Below, piece after piece: positions 60,048 through 64,000 of a stretch of 64,000 nt of DNA (within the stretch, counting starts at the first letter, position 1; every line of letters begins with the position of its first letter). A model generated the notes under the pieces. That model was not told the DNA's origin. It ran no database searches and was given only the letters and a program-made list of their open reading frames with translations. A program made the position numbers and the translations under genes. The DNA lies in the NCBI GenBank assembly GCA_963765575.1, contig CAVXWZ010000011.1, forward strand, positions 737,546 to 801,545. Reading direction: 5' to 3'. Source of the stretch: an uncultured cyanobacterium (GTDB lineage: Bacteria > Cyanobacteriota > Cyanobacteriia > PCC-6307 > Cyanobiaceae).

Positions 60048-61460
60048 TCAGGTGCCCGCCGATGGATCAGACAGCACGGCCCCGCCGGGAGTGCCGGCTG
60101 GCGGCTCCAGCGTGAGGTCGGGCCCTCTGGCAATGATGCGGGAGCCGAAATACAGCGCGAAGACCAGCAGCAGCGAGTAGATCACCGCGAACACGCTCAA
60201 GCTGGTGAGCACCTCGGCTGCGGGCAGCACCGAGGCAGCGTCGGCCGTGCGCAGCTCGCCGTAGACCGTCCAGGGCTGGCGGCCCACGCAGCGCACCACC
60301 CAGCCGGCTTCGATGGCCAGGTAACCGCCCGGTGCCGAGAGGATCCAGGCCCAGCTGAACCAGGGCCACTGGACGAAGCTGGCGGCGCTGAGGCCGCCGC
60401 GCCACCACAGCAGCAGGCTGAGCGCCATCAGCGCCGCTGCGGCCAGACCCACCGCCACCATCACCCGGAAGGCATAGAACAGCAGGCCCACCATGTGGGG
60501 CCGTTGATCGGCCGGCCAACTGTTGAGCCCCCGCAGGGGCTGGCTGAGCCGCGGCCGGGTTTCCAGAATCCAGCTGAAGGCGCCAGGCACGGCCAGGCTC
60601 CAGCGGTTGCTTCCACTGGTGTCATCAGGAGCTGCCAGCACGGCCCAAGCGGGTGAGCTGCCGGCGGGCTGATCGTCCCAGAGGGCTTCGATCGCCGCCA
60701 GCTTGGTGGGTTGGCGCTCGGCCACCTGCACGGCACTTTCATGGCCGGCCAGAATCTGCAGCGGCGCCACGGCCAGCAGGATCACCAACGCCAGCTTGAA
60801 CGAAAACAGAAAGAACTCCGGGGCCTTGTGGCGCATCAGCGACCAGGCGCTGATCGCCGCGACGACGAGCATGGATGTTTCCACCGTGGCCAGGGCCATG
60901 TGAATCACGCTCCTCACCATGAAGGGGTTGTTGATGGCAGCGAAATAGTTCTGAACGTGAAAATGGCCGTCGGAGAAGGTGCCTCCTGATGGGCTTTGCA
61001 GCCAGGAGTTAGCGCTGAGAATCCAGAACACGGAGAGGTTTGCCCCGAAGGCCACCATCACCGTGGACAGAAAATGAATGGCCGGCGGTACTTTCTGCCA
61101 GCCAAACAGCATGATCCCCAGGAAACCCGCTTCGAGCATGAACGCCATGGCCCCTTCAAAGCCCAGCACCGAGCCAAAGAAGTCGCCGGCAAACTCGGAC
61201 AGAGGGGCCCAGTTGGTGCCGAATTGGAACTCCATCGGCAACCCCGAGGCCACGCCGATGCCGAAGTTCAGCACATAGAGCTTGGCCCAGAAGCGAGCCT
61301 GGCGGTAATACGTGGGATTGCGGGTGCGCAGCCAGATGGCTTCGAGCACCACCAGATAAATCGCCAAACCTGTGGAGAGCACAGGCCAGAGCATGTGAAA
61401 GATCGCCGTCAGCGCGAACTGAAGCCGCGAGAGGGTGACGACATCAAGGCTGGCGAGCAT
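60048..61460 (-). CDS. cydA: Cytochrome bd ubiquinol oxidase subunit I (short Q-loop type)
   Basis: LSRLQFALTAIFH, MEFQFGTNW, ANSWLQ, QPTKLAAIE, FRVMV, GWVVRCVGRQPW. Confidence 0.96.
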   Translation of the reverse strand: MLASLDVVTLSRLQFALTAIFHMLWPVLSTGLAIYLVVLEAIWLRTRNPTYYRQARFWAKLYVLNFGIGVASGLPMEFQFGTNWAPLSEFAGDFFGSVLGFEGAMAFMLEAGFLGIMLFGWQKVPPAIHFLSTVMVAFGANLSVFWILSANSWLQSPSGGTFSDGHFHVQNYFAAINNPFMVRSVIHMALATVETSMLVVAAISAWSLMRHKAPEFFLFSFKLALVILLAVAPLQILAGHESAVQVAERQPTKLAAIEALWDDQPAGSSPAWAVLAAPDDTSGSNRWSLAVPGAFSWILETRPRLSQPLRGLNSWPADQRPHMVGLLFYAFRVMVAVGLAAAALMALSLLLWWRGGLSAASFVQWPWFSWAWILSAPGGYLAIEAGWVVRCVGRQPWTVYGELRTADAASVLPAAEVLTSLSVFAVIYSLLLVFALYFGSRIIARGPDLTLEPPAGTPGGAVLSDPSAGT

Positions 61461-61673
61461 CAGCGTTGAGGGCGTGAGGATTGAGGGCTGGACGGTTGGG
61501 TGCCGGAGATCCTGGGCTGGCCAGAGATCGCGATCATGGATGGCCAGGATCGCCCTGATGGAGCGCTTGCTTGGTCGGAGTCTTGGTGGGAGGCTTGGAT
61601 GGAGTATGGCCCAGTATTGCCACGCTCATTTATGAGCTTAAGACCAACGAACATGGACCCGTCGAATTGTTTC

Positions 61674-62112
61674 ATGCATTTACGGCAATGTTGTCGTCGT
61701 GGCCTGAGTGATTTAGTTGCAATGACTTTGGCCATGCTCGTGCTGGTGGCTCCTGCCGCTGGCCGATGACACCTGGCCGATGACACCTGGGCGCTGCAGG
61801 ATGAGGGCGGCCATCGCTTCCGCGCCTCCCTGTTTGATCAGCCCTTTCCGGAGGATCCCGCTGGATGGCGATGGCGATTCAATGCCCTGGGTAGCGGCAT
61901 CGAACTCGATCACAGCGATGCCGTACAGCTGAGCGACACCATGGGTCAACGCTGGACCCATCCCCGCCGGATCCGCCCAGTTTGACCTAGGCGCCCTCAG
62001 CCCCCGGCCCAGCGTTCCTTTGCCGCTGCGTCTCGTGCTCACCAGCAGTGAGGGACCGCTAAGCATTGATCTCAACCTGCAGCAGACCCAGGCGCTGCAC
62101 GATCTGGCCTGA
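61674..62112 (+). pseudogene. DUF3122-like exported protein, disrupted
   Basis: Signal peptide ends at in-frame TGA 61767-69 inside a 14-bp tandem duplication; the frame resumes (LADDTWALQDEGG...LSDTMGQRWT), then shifts near 61960 to SAQFDLGAL...LRLVL. Confidence 0.6.
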
Positions 62113-62336
62113 CGCCACGCACCCGAACGCTGGCATGGCCCTGTGATTCCGCGGCCGCAGCCGAGCTGGAGTGTGAGCAGCGGGCTTTGTTCTTGCATGG
62201 CTGGAGCGACCCTCCCGGCCTCGGCGATACTCGATATAATGGTAGTGGCATGCAGGGGTTTGGGTGATGGCTGTGCGGCGCCATCCCGTGGCCCTGCCAG
62301 CTGTCTCCCTCCCGCGACCTTCCTGCCGGCCCTCTT

Positions 62337-62879
62337 ATGTCACCCCTCAGCGCGCCTGAAATCCAGGCCCTCCACGACGCCCTCGATGACGAGTACTGCG
62401 CCTGGTCCACCTATTCCCAGGTGCTGGAGGATTTCGGGCCGGTGCGACCCTTCCTGAACATCCGCGACTCCGAGCAGCGCCACATCCAGGCCCTGCAGCG
62501 CCTGTTTCAGCGTCACAACGTATCCATTCCCGCCAACCCCTGGGGAACGGCAACTGTGCCGCGCTTCTCGAGTCTGCAACAGGCCTGCCAAGCAGGCGTG
62601 CAGGCCGAAATCGACAACGTGGAGCTCTACCGGCGCATCCTGGGGGCCACCCGGAGCCACGACCTCCTGCAGGTGTTCCAGCGGCTGCAGGGCGCATCCC
62701 AGGAACGCCATCTGCCGGCCTTTCAGCGGGCTGCTTCACGGTTGGGTGGCGTTACGGCTGGCCCTGCGGCCTGTGCTGACGACTGGGGCAGGGGTGCTGG
62801 CCGGCGCCGGCGGCACGATCCGGGTGCACCAGAACGGCAGGACCACCACCAAGCGAGATGCTCCTGGCACCAGCCTTGA
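62337..62879 (+). CDS. Ferritin-like DUF2202 family protein
   Basis: ALDDEY, PFLNIRDSEQRH, GVQAEIDNVELY, ASQERHLPAF; TATAAT at 62235-62240 upstream. Confidence 0.82.
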   Translation: MSPLSAPEIQALHDALDDEYCAWSTYSQVLEDFGPVRPFLNIRDSEQRHIQALQRLFQRHNVSIPANPWGTATVPRFSSLQQACQAGVQAEIDNVELYRRILGATRSHDLLQVFQRLQGASQERHLPAFQRAASRLGGVTAGPAACADDWGRGAGRRRRHDPGAPERQDHHQARCSWHQP

Positions 62880-62959
62880 ACTTGCCCCAGCAATCGGTTT
62901 CTCCAGCACCTGATCCTTCTCGGTGGGACCCCCGGACAGGGCCGCCACCAGCTCAGGAA

Positions 62960-63322
62960 TCAGAACGACCGCGGCAGGACCACAAGGTTCAGGACCACGA
63001 ATTCGTGCAGGGAGTAGGTGGCAGCCTGGCCGATCCGTTTCGGCTCCTTGCCGAACATGCGTCGGTAGCGGTTGGCAATGCTGGCTGGTGGATGGGGGCT
63101 CGACAGCCCCCGACGGCGCCACTCGCTGAGGTCAAGACGCTGGAAGATCGGTTCTGTGGCGACAGCCTGCGAGACCACGACCCTCCCGAGGACATCCACG
63201 GGCAGAGCGGCAGCCCGATCCGCCGGACGCCCGGGCTGCGCGGCGGGCGCAGAGAAGATCCGCTCCAGTGCAGGGCGTTGCTCGTTCACCGGACCAGGGA
63301 TCGGCAGGATCCTGCTGAGCAT
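62960..63322 (-). CDS. Hypothetical protein
   Basis: 120-aa ORF with protein-like composition; no family recognised. Confidence 0.45.
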   Translation of the reverse strand: MLSRILPIPGPVNEQRPALERIFSAPAAQPGRPADRAAALPVDVLGRVVVSQAVATEPIFQRLDLSEWRRRGLSSPHPPASIANRYRRMFGKEPKRIGQAATYSLHEFVVLNLVVLPRSF

Positions 63323-63440
63323 GGCCTAACAACCAGGGCAGGCCAATGCACAGCTTCATCCTTTGAGGTTCGGTTTCTAGCAGGGGATTGTCAGCCGTGT
63401 AGGGCTGGGTGTGCACCACTCCTTGAATTGCTGGCCAACC

Positions 63441-63974
63441 ATGAGCAAGAGCCTCCAGCACACCCTGCTCACCCACCTCTACGAGCTCGCCCGGCCCCGC
63501 CACAGCACGTGGGACCCGCTGGGACTGATGAGCGTGCGCGCCACCATCCACGAGCAGCTCGCCGCCCTGGGAGAAGTGGAGCAGCACGCCTTCACCGAAG
63601 GCATTGAGGCCGGCACCAACCTGATCCTCAAGCTCCCCGGCCAGAATCCAGGCCTTGATCCGCTGCTGGTGGCCTTTGACCAGGAGGAGTGGGGGATGCT
63701 GGGCAGCAAGGCCCTCACCCTGCCCCAACTGGCGCGGCCGCTGGCAAAGCACCTGAAAACCAAGGTGCTGCCGGTGCCCAACGGCGGCCGCGCCATCCCC
63801 GATGTGCGCCTCTGCGATCACAGCCCCTTTTGGGATGAGGGCTACGACGCCGTGATGGTCACCGACACCTCCTTCCTGCGCAATCCCCACTACCACCAGA
63901 TGAGCGACACCCTCGATCTGCCGTTTCTGGCGGCCGTCACCGAGGGATTGGATGCGGCGCTGAGCAGGCTGTGA
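63441..63974 (+). pseudogene. M28 family peptidase with in-frame internal deletions
   Basis: GTNLIL, AFDQEEWGMLGS, DHSPFWD.GY, DTSFLRNPHYH present; the GAHYD and GADDNASG metal-ligand segments and the SLEM region are absent. Confidence 0.75.
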
Positions 63975-64000
63975 GCAACGCCCTGCCCGGGGCTTTCCGG

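Overview
GC-rich (roughly 70% by eye) chromosome segment of a picocyanobacterium of the Cyanobium/Synechococcus type, judged from chlH, hli genes, CGLD27, DUF3318/DUF3038/DUF4335/DUF2949, NtcA and HLR1 boxes. A core backbone (tRNA-fMet, asparaginase II, rsfS, carB, agcS, tpiA, folP, chlH, dapB, hli, ubiH-like, apt) is interrupted by accessory blocks. The most striking block (about 6.1-13.4 kb) lies directly behind the tRNA-fMet terminator. It encodes a Na+/solute symporter bracketed by two unannotated one-helix micro-ORFs, a pseudo-aspartate-carbamoyltransferase lacking the aspartate beta-carboxylate residues, an AsnB-type amidotransferase, a DUF1028 Ntn-hydrolase and an M20 N-carbamoylase. 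Together these look like an uncharacterised pathway for making, importing and recycling an N-carbamoyl amino acid amide. Other highlights are a complete NtcA box / -10 / glutamine-II riboswitch / DUF4278 unit at 53.1-53.5 kb, a candidate two-hairpin sRNA at 4.3 kb, an HLR1-headed hli-microORF-hli operon, and two G7/C7 homopolymer frameshifts. The right end is a lower-GC, decaying island with metallothionein, rhodanese, cydAB, DUF2202 and two pseudogenes. No CRISPR array, rRNA, integrase or transposase was seen. All family calls come from motif recognition, not database searches.
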